Shown: positions 1 through 9,081 of the stretch, in pieces | Numbering within the stretch: the stretch's first letter is position 1 | How the letters are laid out: each line of letters opens with the position of its first letter | Assembly (NCBI RefSeq): GCF_006345805.1 | Contig: NW_021825136.1 | Coordinates: forward strand, 1-16,607 | DNA length: 16,607 nucleotides | Direction of reading: 5' to 3' | Source of the DNA: Octopus sinensis | Lineage: Eukaryota | Made by a program: the position numbers and the translations under genes | Notes under the pieces: generated by a model | The model's database searches: none | Told to the model about the DNA's origin: nothing | What the model saw: only the letters and a program-made list of their open reading frames with translations

Positions 1-376
1 AAAGTTTGTGTCACCAACCCCCTCCCACCAGCGTGCAGCCAAGACAAGATGTTGTGGTCATTTACTGGGATGAAATATGGTTATCAGTAATAATATAGGG
101 TGAAATTAAGTAATTTGGAATAATCATTAATTTCACCAAGTAGATTTCGGCATGTAAAGCCCCATTCGAGGAAAGTTTAAGTAATCCTAAGTAATTAAGG
201 GTTTAGCAACGATTTGCCTCACCCACAACACCGAATTTAGAAATAGCAGTCAAAGAGTTTTAGCTATTCTTTCTACTAAAAGGGAGATCTCAGTAAAACC
301 ACACAGCACTTGAAAGGCAAACACAGACAGGCAAGAGAGAAAGAATGACGACAATCGATCATACAATATTAAGTCA

Positions 377-467
377 CCTACGGACGTACGTTTCGAAATT
401 AAGTTTTAGGAAAGCATAAGAATTAGATAATTATGTCTTACCCAACTTTTTTTCTCATTAGCGTAGG
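377..467 (-). ncRNA. Type I hammerhead ribozyme, left-arm copy with core change CUGAUGA>CUAAUGA (G5A)
   Basis: Reverse complement of 725-816; plus-strand base 459 is T instead of C. May be inactive, or the change may be a sequencing error. Confidence 0.75.
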
Positions 468-724
468 ACACTACAATTATGAATAATTGTATATTAAATT
501 TCGAGGTACTAGAAGACATCATCTCAACTCAGTATCAGAGCGAGCTAAAGCCGTTACCAGTATCACCAAATTCAAAGTGTGAATGAAAGTTTTTGTGTCA
601 CCAACCCCCCCTCCACTTTGAATTTTTGATACTGGTAACGGCTTTAGCTCGCTCTGATACTGAGTTGAGATGATGTCTTCTAGTACCTCGAAATTTAATA
701 TACAATTATTCATAATGTAGTGTC

Positions 725-816
725 CCTACGCTGATGAGAAAAAAAAGTTGGGTAAGACATAATTATCTAATTCTTATGCTTTCCTAAAACTTAATTTCGA
801 AACGTACGTCCGTAGG
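725..816 (+). ncRNA. Type I hammerhead ribozyme, intact core, predicted cleavage after GUC at 810
   Basis: Stem I CCUACG(725-730)/CGUAGG(811-816); CUGAUGA 731-737; long stem II (GAAA/UUUC, AAGUU/AACUU, CAUAA/UUAUG); GAAA 799-802; helix III AC-GUAC-GU. Confidence 0.9.
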
Positions 817-1102
817 TGACTTAATTGTATGATCGATTGTCGTCATTTCTTTCTCTTTTGCCTGTCTGTGTTTGCCTTTCAAGTGCTGTGGTTTTACTGA
901 GATCTCCCTTTTGTAGAAAGAATAGCTAAAACTCTTTGACTGCTATTTCTAAATTCGGTGTGTGGTGAGGCAAATCGTTGCTAAACCCTTAATTACTTAG
1001 TATTACTTAACCTTTCCTCGAATGGGGCTTTTACATGCCGAAATCTACTTGTTGAAATTAATGATTATTCCAATTAATTAATTTCACCCTATATTATTAC
1101 TG

Positions 1103-1106
1103 ATAT

Positions 1107-1188
<82 letters not shown>
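1103..1188. repeat. (TA)n microsatellite terminating the right arm
   Basis: Direct reading. Confidence 0.98.
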
Positions 1189-1189
<1 letters not shown>

Positions 1190-1282
1190 AAGTAATATGT
1201 GAAGTATTATTACTGTTAAAAACAGTAATAAGGAGGTGGCTAGCAAGACGTCTGCCTAAATAGGTATAAGATATTAGACATA

Positions 1283-1510
1283 GGCGGCGAGCTGGCAGAA
1301 ACGTTAGCACGCCGGGCGAAATGCTTATCGGTATTTCGTCTGCGTTACGTTGTGAGTTCAAATTCCGCCGAGGTCGACTTTGCCTTTCATCCTTTCGGGG
1401 TCGATAAATTAAGTACCAGTTGTGCACTGGGGTCGATGTAATCGACTTAATACTTATGTCTGTCCTTGTTAGTCCCCTCTGTGTTTAGCCCCTTGTGGGT
1501 AATAAAGAAA
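1283..1510 (+). mobile_element. tRNA-derived SINE-A, full length, with 20-bp flanking direct repeat
   Basis: Head GGCGGCGAGCTGGCAGAA, B-box GAGTTCAAATTCC, body GCCTTTCATCCTTTCGGGGTCGATAAA; homologues at 5271, 7182, 9915, 10122. AAATAGGTATAAGATATTAG at 1258-1277 and 1508-1527. Confidence 0.9.
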
Positions 1511-1523
1511 TAGGTATAAGATA

Positions 1524-1810
1524 TTAGGTTGGCAAATAAGTTCCTCCCGTTTTTTTTAAATTTTGGAATTTCTTGCGTTTTTAAATTTCGGAATCTATTT
1601 TTGTTTTCGAGAATTCTATTTTTGAATATTTTGGAATCTTTTTTTTTTTCTAGTTAATTTTAGTGAACTTTTATTTATTTTCAGATCATTAAAATGAAAT
1701 GTCAAGTTAAGAAAACGAGCATTTTCGACACCTCCTTCTTTTGGCTTTTAATCAAGGTTCTAAGGTCGCAAAAGCTGCTCGCAACATTTCTGCTGTGTAT
1801 GGAACTGCTG
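1524..1810 (+). mobile_element. Mariner (Tc1/mariner) transposon 5' remnant: left TIR plus frameshifted transposase N-terminus
   Basis: TA followed by TTAGGTTGGCAAATAAGTTC (mariner-type TIR). From ATG 1694, one frameshift gives MKCQVKK/NEHFRHLLLLAFNQGSKVAKAARNISAVYG, matching the mariner/SETMAR-like HTH start. Confidence 0.85.
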
Positions 1811-1819
1811 TGTTACGGT

Positions 1820-1935
1820 GTTACGGGAGCATAAACACACCAGCATCGGTTGTCAAGCGACGGTGGGGGTACAAACACAGACACACAAACATACAACGAG
1901 CTTCTTTCAGTTTTCGTCTCCCAAATCCACTCACA
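1820..1935 (-). mobile_element. SINE-B internal fragment
   Basis: Homologous to 3685-3930 and 15005-15356 (CTTCTTTCAGTTT.CGTCT.CCAAATCCACTCACA). Confidence 0.8.
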
Positions 1936-2035
1936 ATAGAATGTAGCCACCTAAACTTTATACCAGAAAATAAAGAGCACATTGGATAATGTATTCCTAG
2001 ATACTCCATTCAGTCTTCCATAGTGTTAGAGAAGA

Positions 2036-2140
2036 CACTGCGCGGCACCTTGGCCAAGTGTCTCCTGTATCCCTGGCCAATACTGACCAATGAGAGTGGA
2101 TTTGGTAGAAGGTAACTGTAAGGAAGCCTATCATGTGTAT
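2036..2140 (+). mobile_element. Diverged SINE-B fragment
   Basis: GGCACCTTGGCCAAGTGTCT...GAGTGGATTTGGTAGA, the sense version of the SINE-B body. Confidence 0.7.
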
Positions 2141-2151
2141 ACATGTTGTGA

Positions 2152-2785
2152 AGATATATAGCTTAGTGGTTCGGGTATTCGGCTGGCGATCGGAAAGTCT
2201 TTAGTTCGATTCTCGGCAGCGCGTTGTGTCCTTGAGCAAGACACTTTATTTCTCGTTGTTCCACTCCACTCAGCTGGCATAAATTAGTTGTACCTGTATT
2301 TCTACGGGCCATCCTTGTTACATTCTGTGTCATGCTGAATCTCCCTGGGAACTACGTTAATGGTGCGCGTGTCTGTGTGTGGAGTACTCAGCCATTTGCA
2401 CGTTAATTTCAACTGGAACACTCTTCGTCGTAACCGACGAGGAGCCAGGCATCTGTCTGTGAGTGTGCACGCGTGTATATGTATGTGTGTGTGTGTGCGT
2501 GTGTATATGTCTGTGTGTCTATGTGTTTGTGTGTGTGTGTGTGTGGTGTGTGTGTGTGTGTGTATGTTTTTGCCTTTGTAACTGTGATTGTGTCTCACCA
2601 CCGCTTGATAACCAGTGTTGATCTATTTACGTTTCCTAACTTAACAACTCGCAAAAGACATCAACAGTAATAAATACTAGATTTAAAATGGAGAGAATAA
2701 GTCCTGAGGTCGACTTGATTGACTAAAACCCTTCAAGGCGATACCCCAGCATGGCCGCAGTCCAATGACTGAAACAAGTAAAAGG
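2152..2785 (+). mobile_element. SINE-C: tRNA-like head, distinct central domain, internal (TG)n, SINE-B-type 3' tail
   Basis: A-box TAGCTTAGTGG 2159-2169; B-box AGTTCGATTC from 2203; GTTGTGTCCTTGAGCAAGACACTT domain; (TG)n ~2460-2565; tail CCCCAGCATGGCCGCAGTC...GAAACAAGTAAAAG shared with the SINE-B end at 15005-15060. Confidence 0.75.
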
Positions 2786-3358
2786 TAAAATAGGAAACAT
2801 AAAGAAAGAACTGAAGAAATCTTTGGAAATAAACCCAAGTTAGGTCAGTTGGTAACATGATCTATTCGTAAAGACCATTTTTATGTCCTTTCAATAAAAC
2901 CGAATAAAAGCAGGGGCAACAGAAATGGCGACGCTAGAATTTACGATTGTAAAAATACATGATAGCGTGGTGCTAAATGCCAAAAACTTTAGACAAGTTC
3001 CCTCCTACTTTTAGCCCACCCAGAGAGGTCAGCCTCCAATTATAAGCCATGTATTGAAGACGAAGCGGTTGTTTAAAGTTATCTGATAACTGGACGGAGT
3101 ACAGTGGTTGTAAAAATCAAAGGACAGTTCCACAAAATGATACGTGTACTAATTCTTCGACGATGGTTATGGCCGATAAACAAATAAACAAATACATAAA
3201 TGTGAATAAATAAATAAATAAATAAACAAATACATGAATAAATAGTGTGAATACTCGAAATGGAATTAAGTACTACTGATTGATGAATATATGTATGTAT
3301 ATATGTGTGTAGTATGTAAGTGTGTGTGTATGCCTGTGCGTATATATATATATATATA

Positions 3359-3584
3359 CAGGGTAAATTACAGGGTAAATGTTTTTTTTAATTTTCTCCT
3401 GTTTACGGAATTAATCTTTATTTGCGGTAGAAGCTTTGGCTGTTATTTCTAGTGGGTGAATGGCCTATTATGGCCGTTCCTTAATTGTTATTGTTGAACT
3501 TAAAAATGGTCTATGACTATTTAATTTTTTCCCACTGGGCCGCTGGTGGCAATAAAATTCTACAAAATTTTCCTTGCCACCCTA
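3359..3584. mobile_element. Possible degenerate Tc1/mariner-type MITE
   Basis: TA-CAGGGT at the left and ACCCTA-TA at the right; the TIR match is only ~6 bp. Confidence 0.3.
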
Positions 3585-3684
3585 TATTGATTAATTATAT
3601 ATATATATATATATTAAAATTATAACAAGGGTGCTTAATGGTTAGAACACCAGTCTGCTAGAAATAGACCCCAAATGGTCTATG

Positions 3685-3729
3685 AAACACACCAGTATTG
3701 TTTGTCAAGCGGTGTTGTAGGGACAAACT

Positions 3730-3773
<44 letters not shown>

Positions 3774-3930
3774 CGACGGGCTTCTTTCAGTTTCCGTCTA
3801 CCAAATCCATTCACAAGGCTTTAGTCGGCCCGAGGCATTACTAGAAGACACTTGCCCAAGGTGCCACGCAGTGGGACTGAAACCGAAACCATGACCATGT
3901 GCATGGTAAGTAAGCTACTTACCACACAGC
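3685..3930 (-). mobile_element. SINE-B with internal (CA)n(TA)n microsatellite
   Basis: Minus strand reads GCTGTGTGGTAAGTAGCTTACTTACC...GGTTTCAGTCCCACTGCGTGGCACCTTGGGCAAGTGTCTTCT...GGAAACTGAAAGAAGCCCGTCG; microsatellite ~3729-3772. Confidence 0.88.
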
Positions 3931-3936
3931 AGTGTA

Positions 3937-4163
3937 CAGTAATCCCTCGCCATATCCCGCTTCACCTATCGCGGTTTATCATTTAACCTTACGTCGATTC
4001 CTCCGCGGTGTTGTTTTACATTCATAATAAAATAAATATATACAAATTATAAAAATATGTTTTAAAAAAGACATACATTACAGTACTATTTCTACTTCGC
4101 GATTTTCCCCCAATGGAGGGGTGGTTTTGGAACGTAACTCCCGCGATAGTCGATGGTTTGCTG
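3937..4163. mobile_element. pogo/Tigger-like MITE
   Basis: TA + CAGTAATCCCTCGCCATATCCCG at the left; reverse complement of the right end is CAGCAAACCATCGACTATCGCG; right TSD is CA instead of TA. Confidence 0.7.
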
Positions 4164-4210
4164 CATGTATGTATTGATATATACGACTGATATATACGAG
4201 TTTTAGACCG

Positions 4211-4690
4211 TCATCATCTTTAAGTCATCACGAAAGCCACAACACATCATCATCATTAGCATCCACCGCTTTTCCCTTTCCCTCCTCACCATCATCAATA
4301 CTGTTGTCGTCGCCGTCGTTGTCATCATCATCATCATCACATCATCAACATCATCATCATCATCATCATCATCATCACCATCATTATTACTGTCATTGGC
4401 ATCAGATTTGCCACGAACCCTACCCCCATCTTTCTCATTTTCATCATTACTATTACCATCCTTATCGTCATCATCCACTTTCTCCCTCTCCTCCTACACC
4501 TCCTCCTCATCATCATCATCATGACCACCATCATCATCCTGACCTCGCCATAACTACTATCATTATCATCACTATTGTCATCATCTTTGCAACCAACATT
4601 ATCACCACTGTCGACATCATTATCATCATCATCATCAAAACCAATATCATCATCACCATTATCACAACCAGCATCACCATCGTTATCATG
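4211..4690. repeat. Degenerate (CAT)n/(CAC)n trinucleotide microsatellite field
   Basis: Direct reading; it explains the poly-His/Ile/Asp/Met ORFs. Confidence 0.95.
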
Positions 4691-4796
4691 GTTGCTCCCC
4701 TTACACTCGCTCGTTTAAAAAAGAAAACCAAAACATTAAAAAAATTGCAACAGCATAAGAAAGTTAATAGTAAAGTTTCCTAAGTCGGAGTAAATT

Positions 4797-4832
4797 CTCT
4801 AACGTTTCGGGATTTTGTCCCTCATCAGAAAG
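4797..4832 (-). ncRNA. Minimal 36-nt type I hammerhead, intact core, GUU cleavage triplet
   Basis: Minus strand: CUUU CUGAUGA GGGA caaaa UCCC GAAA CGUU AGAG. Stem I 4 bp (one G-U), stem II 4 bp, palindromic ACGU helix III. Confidence 0.85.
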
Positions 4833-5270
4833 TGAGGAAGAGAGAGAAAAGTATTGATACTGCATTGGTTATAACTATTTAAAAATATAAAATCGAATAG
4901 TTTAAAATACGTGATACCTCATGCTCGAAATAAAAGGTTGCAGTTGTGTTGTGATACATTTTATGTTAACTAGTTTCTGAGTTCAAGTTATACCTGATGA
5001 ACTTTACTTTTCATTCTTTGAAGTTGGGAAATAAAATGTACCCCCCAAAAAAGAGAATATAGCAACGGTATCTATTCTTGTGACTGGTTGTCACTTTTGG
5101 GAAGTAAACCACCAAATTTCAAACAACCTGCTTGTCAGTGTCCAAAGTTATAATAATCTTTCTTTAGTATTACATATAATTTCTTGAAGATGTCTCGATT
5201 CTCTTCAGAAAAGAAAATAAGTATAAGATACCGGTGTGTATAACACTTACTATGTATATACAAACTTTAA

Positions 5271-5488
5271 GGTGGCGAGCTGGCAGAATCATTACCGCGC
5301 CGGTCAAAACGCTTAGCGATATTTTGTCGGTCTTTACGTTCTGAGTTCAAATTCCACCGAGGTCGACTTCGTTTTTCATCCCTTTTGGGGTGGATAAGAT
5401 GAGAACCAGTTGAGCACTGGCGGTCGATGTAATTGACTTACATCCTGGGGTAAAATAGCTGGCTTTGTATCAAAATTTGAAACCAATA
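5271..5488 (+). mobile_element. SINE-A, alternative 3' tail
   Basis: GGTGGCGAGCTGGCAGAA head, GAGTTCAAATTCC B-box, tail ...GCTGGCTTTGTATCAAAATTTGAAACC. Confidence 0.85.
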
Positions 5489-5715
5489 TACATACAAACT
5501 GGGACAGCTTTAGCTCTAATATTTTAATCTCAGAAAAATTTTTCAAAGAGACTTTTGTGTTAAAAACATAGAGCTTTGTTCAAAATGCCAGCGGATCACC
5601 AGACACAGTATTTTGACAATATTTTGCCTCCTCAGTGATGAATAACAAAGACGTTCTAAATTAAGCCGAAAAATGCATGTTCCGATTTAGAAATCGGTAG
5701 AAAACATTTACTGAT

Positions 5716-5875
5716 ACATTATTTACATTATTTACATTATTTTGACGGATATTTGTCCTCCTCTTGTTTGTTGTTAACACAACGTTTCGGTTGATATATT
5801 TGCCAGTCTTCATCAGGTGTCCTGGGTGAATTTTGAACCTGGGTTCTCATTCCTAAGGTATTTTCCGATGTTGTG

Positions 5876-5934
<59 letters not shown>

Positions 5935-6013
5935 CATTCAAGTCACTACCTGGAATCGAACTCGGAATCTTGGGGTTAGTAGCCCACGCTCTTAACCACT
6001 ACGCCATATGCCC
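5716..6013 (-). mobile_element. SINE-E: tRNA-derived head + (AAT)n + hammerhead-bearing 3' module + (AAATAATGT)n tail
   Basis: Head GGGCATATGGCGTAGTGGTTAAG; A-box at plus 5996-6006; B-box GAGTTCGATTCC at plus 5952-5963; (ATT)n 5876-5937; HHR 5776-5822. Confidence 0.82.
5776..5822 (-). ncRNA. Type I hammerhead inside SINE-E; core intact, stem II decayed
   Basis: GGACAC CUGAUGA A GACUGG caaauaua UCAACC GAAA CGUU GUGUU. Stem I 5 bp (one G-U); two mismatches in stem II. Confidence 0.75.
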
Positions 6014-6014
6014 T

Positions 6015-6190
6015 AAATACCTTAGGAATGAGGTATTTGGACTACCTTAGGAATGAGGTCCGAAATTCTCCCAGGACACCTGATGAAGGCTGGAGAGTAC
6101 ACCAGCCGAAACGTTGCGTTAAAAATAGACAAGATGAGGACAAATATCCGTCAAATGTAAATAATGTACATAATTCCTCATCTCTCAAAA
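6015..6190 (+). mobile_element. Headless copy of the SINE-E 3' module, inverted relative to 5716-6013
   Basis: TACCTTAGGAATGAG...CCCAGGACACCTGATGAAG...GAGGACAAATATCCGTCAAATGTAAATAATGTA, roughly 80% identical by eye to the minus copy. Confidence 0.85.
6074..6120 (+). ncRNA. Type I hammerhead, intact core, perfect 6-bp stem II, predicted cleavage after 6115
   Basis: GGACAC CUGAUGA A GGCUGG agaguaca CCAGCC GAAA CGUU GCGUU. One mismatch in stem I; extra A after A9. Confidence 0.85.
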
Positions 6191-7181
6191 TACAACTGAA
6201 CATTTACTGTTTGTGCGAAAGTTAGGTAGGCTAGAATTTAAATAACAGACACACTCGAAACTGAGAACCGTCTTTCGTTGAATTAAAATGAGTTACGCTG
6301 GAGTATTTATTAGTGATCAGGTCGTAAGTATGGAACAAATCCCGTGTATTATTGTTAAGAAATATTAATTAAGAAAAGTAAATACAGCAGTGTGTGTGTG
6401 TGTGTGTGGCTACGGTGAATCTACAACGACTCAATTGTTTTAGCTCCGACACTCAATCTCAGATCGAATCAGTTACTAAACAAGTACAAAAAACATTTGT
6501 ATTTAAGCTTTAATTTATGTTGTCAAACACCCATTTATGATTCAGAATACATCCCCACCCCCACCTAAATACCTACCAACACTTAGAGGGGCTTCTGTAA
6601 CGAACTATGTTCTCTGTCAACCCTAATTATGAAAGTTATTTGAGAGTGACTTGGATCTTCCAGTAAATCACTTTCTCTGGATATATTCTGATATTATTTC
6701 ATGATAAACAAAATCTCAGGTTTCCGTCCAAGGTGCAAGCCTAAGCAGGTTTTATAGAGACACTGGAAATTCTACTCTTTTGGGGGAAGACAAAATCGCG
6801 GCAAAATCGTACTGTAGACTTACTGTCCTGTAACCAAACATTTCAGATAGCTAAGATTACAATATCAACAAACGTAACAAAAAATAACTTTCTTGTAGAA
6901 GTCATATAAACAAAAGAATTGATTCGCTCTGAGAACGTCCCCAAAGTCTATGACAGACGCCCAACCACCTGCTGCATAAAGATAAACCGGATTTATCAAG
7001 ATAAAGGTTAAATACTTGGATAGAAGTAAAATATACAGGAAAGTGTATCAGGTTTAAATTGTGCATAAGCTCGGAGTAAAAGAGAAATTTGTGGAGCAAT
7101 GTAGAAGAAAAAATGTCAATTAGTAGAACAAATGAACTGAACAATTCCAAATTCAGCGCCTTGATGCGTGTTATATATTCC

Positions 7182-7258
7182 GGCGGCGAGCTGGCAGAAA
7201 CGTTAGCATGCCGGGCGAAATGCTTTGTGGTATTTCGTCCGCCGCTGCGTTCTGAGTT
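7182..7258 (+). mobile_element. SINE-A 5' fragment truncated within the B-box
   Basis: GGCGGCGAGCTGGCAGAAACGTTAGCATGCCGGGCGAAATG...CTGAGTT, then unrelated sequence. Confidence 0.85.
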
Positions 7259-7534
7259 GTAAATTAATATAAGGTAATACTGACTCTATATATCTGCATT
7301 GAAGTATGAATATGTCTATGTTCTCTACGTTGTAATATATTAATATTAAGTTGAAAAACATTGAATATGGAACATGTATATATTTATGGATTTGTATTAT
7401 TTGTATTATTATGTATATGTATATGTGTATTTATAAGAGTATGAGTATATGCACTCATATATATGTAAATGATTTATTATGGATATGTACCCACACTTAT
7501 ATGAGTATATATGTAATTTGGTTTATACTTTAGA

Positions 7535-7661
7535 ATCTCCGAAGAGGCCTTAAGATATATTTGTAAATGTCTCATTTTAAACTTCATATTGACATACTAT
7601 ACATGGCTAATATAAGTAAAATGAGGCATATTTATCTGCATGGCCGAAACAGCTGTAAGAT
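7535..7661 (+). ncRNA. Type I hammerhead with U4C core and 92-nt structured stem II insertion; GUA triplet
   Basis: AUCU CCGAAGA GGCC [92 nt] GGCC GAAA C AGCU GUA AGAU. The insert contains a 13-bp helix 7567-7579/7617-7629. Confidence 0.78.
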
Positions 7662-8079
7662 ATAGTGTATATTTATATTTATATCTATTTATATTTATTT
7701 ATTTATATCCTCTTATAATGATTATACTTATTGTATTGTATTACTCATTCATGTACGCTGTTTTGTTATATATTTTTATGTAGTGGTTTAATAAAGTATG
7801 TGATTGGGTATTATCTGGTAGTTGATAAATGATTTAGATGTATTTCTCCATTTTCTTATTTTGTATTATTAATTTATGGTAAAAATAATTTTACCTTTGC
7901 CCATGTAATACAGTAAATGAATTAATTGCATCGCAATTCTTAACATTTATGTATTAACTTTGTTGGGTACTTCACTAGCAGTATATTGGATATATGTTAT
8001 CCCATGGAGGGTTGAATTTGAAACCCCTATCTCAATTTGTGTTATATATATAACAATTTAATAAATAAAACATATGCAT

Positions 8080-8412
8080 ACATAATACATATATATATAT
8101 ATATATAATAGATATATATATCTATATATAATATATATATATATATATTATATATATATATATTATAATATATATACATATATACTATATTATACATATA
8201 TACATATATATACATATATACATATATACATTATATATGTAAACAGTAAAAAATAAATACAAACATGGACAAGAACGTGAAACACCAAGGAGACGACACA
8301 AGAACCACAGGACGGGACATTCGAAGCCTCAGTCACCATATATACATATATACATATATATACATATATATATACACACACAAACACACATACACACACA
8401 TATATATTCATA
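8080..8412. repeat. (TA)n/(TATACA)n microsatellites flanking a ~100-bp unique island
   Basis: Direct reading; island at ~8240-8335. Confidence 0.9.
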
Positions 8413-8574
8413 TGTAAACCGCAAATTTGAAACTAGTAAATGACATATTAAAAAATAAAATTTGCTCCCTATAAACATTGTCGCATTTATCGAGTTTCAA
8501 ATCATCTTTGAATAAACTAATTAATTTAGTTTGTTCTTACTAATTAACGTTTGTGTGAAAACTAATGACCTCTT

Positions 8575-8790
8575 TGTGGTTGTGTGTTCCCAATCACATG
8601 GTTCCCACTGTTTTTGGCATCTTGGGTAAGTGTTTTCTACTAAAGCCTTCACCGGTCAAAGACTTGTAAGTGGATTTGGCAGACGGAAACTGAAAGAATC
8701 CCGTCGTATATGTGTGTGTGTGTGTGTGTGTGAACGTGTATGCGTGTGTATGAGTGTGTGTGTGTGTGAGCATGTCTTTGTGTCTATGCA
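8575..8790 (+). mobile_element. SINE-B 5' part ending in (TG)n
   Basis: GGCATCTTGGGTAAGTG...GTGGATTTGGCAGACGGAAACTGAAAGAATCCCGTCGTATA followed by (TG)n. Confidence 0.8.
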
Positions 8791-8933
8791 CACACACCCA
8801 CACATACACGCGCCCACACGCACGCACGCACACGCATGCATGCACACACGCACCCACGCACACGCGCGCGCGTAAAAATATCGCAAAAACTGTTACACGC
8901 GCGCACAGATGCATACTCATACACGCACACACA

Positions 8934-8978
8934 TGGTGATGGTGGCGCTGGTGGTGGTGGTGGTGGTGGTGGTGGTGG

Positions 8979-9009
<31 letters not shown>

Positions 9010-9081
9010 GGTGCTGGTGGTGCTGGTGGTGCTGGTGGTAGTGGTGCTGGTGGTGGCGGCGGTGGTGGTGGTGGTGGTGGT
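8934..9081. repeat. (GGT)n microsatellite with GCT interruptions
   Basis: Direct reading; it explains the poly-Gly/Pro/Val ORFs. Confidence 0.97.

Larger units (their letters stand above)
82..1105. repeat. Long fold-back inverted repeat: arms 82-579 and 614-1105, 34-nt loop 580-613; each arm carries a hammerhead (PLE pLTR/retrozyme-like)
   Basis: Manual alignment of the left arm to the reverse complement of the right arm shows about 14 difference sites over ~498 bp (~96% identity), mostly 1-2 nt indels. Outer ends TATCAGTAAT.../...ATTACTGATA; inner ends CAAAGTG/CACTTTG. Confidence 0.97.

Noticed and set aside
4203-4783. Poly-His/Ile/Asp/Met ORFs up to 159 aa
   Set aside because: Translations of a (CAT)n field, open in several frames on both strands; no domain content.
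4990-5045. CUGAUGA followed by GAAA
   Set aside because: No stem I pairing and no proper stem II closure.
5737-6225. Two similar peptides NSPRTPDE.W...QPKRCV.N.Q.EDKYPS on opposite strands
   Set aside because: By-product of DNA homology between the two HHR modules; the conserved feature is RNA structure.
6660-7150. Possible PLE GIY-YIG remnant (PVTKHF, LLHKDKPDL) upstream of the 7535 HHR
   Set aside because: Short matches in different frames with many stops; cannot be supported without tBLASTn or an HMM search.
8240-8335. Island between TA tracts with a UGAGGCUUCGAAUGUC hammerhead-like 3' half on the minus strand
   Set aside because: Core incomplete (no CUGANGA with a closed stem II, GAA instead of GAAA); too truncated to call.
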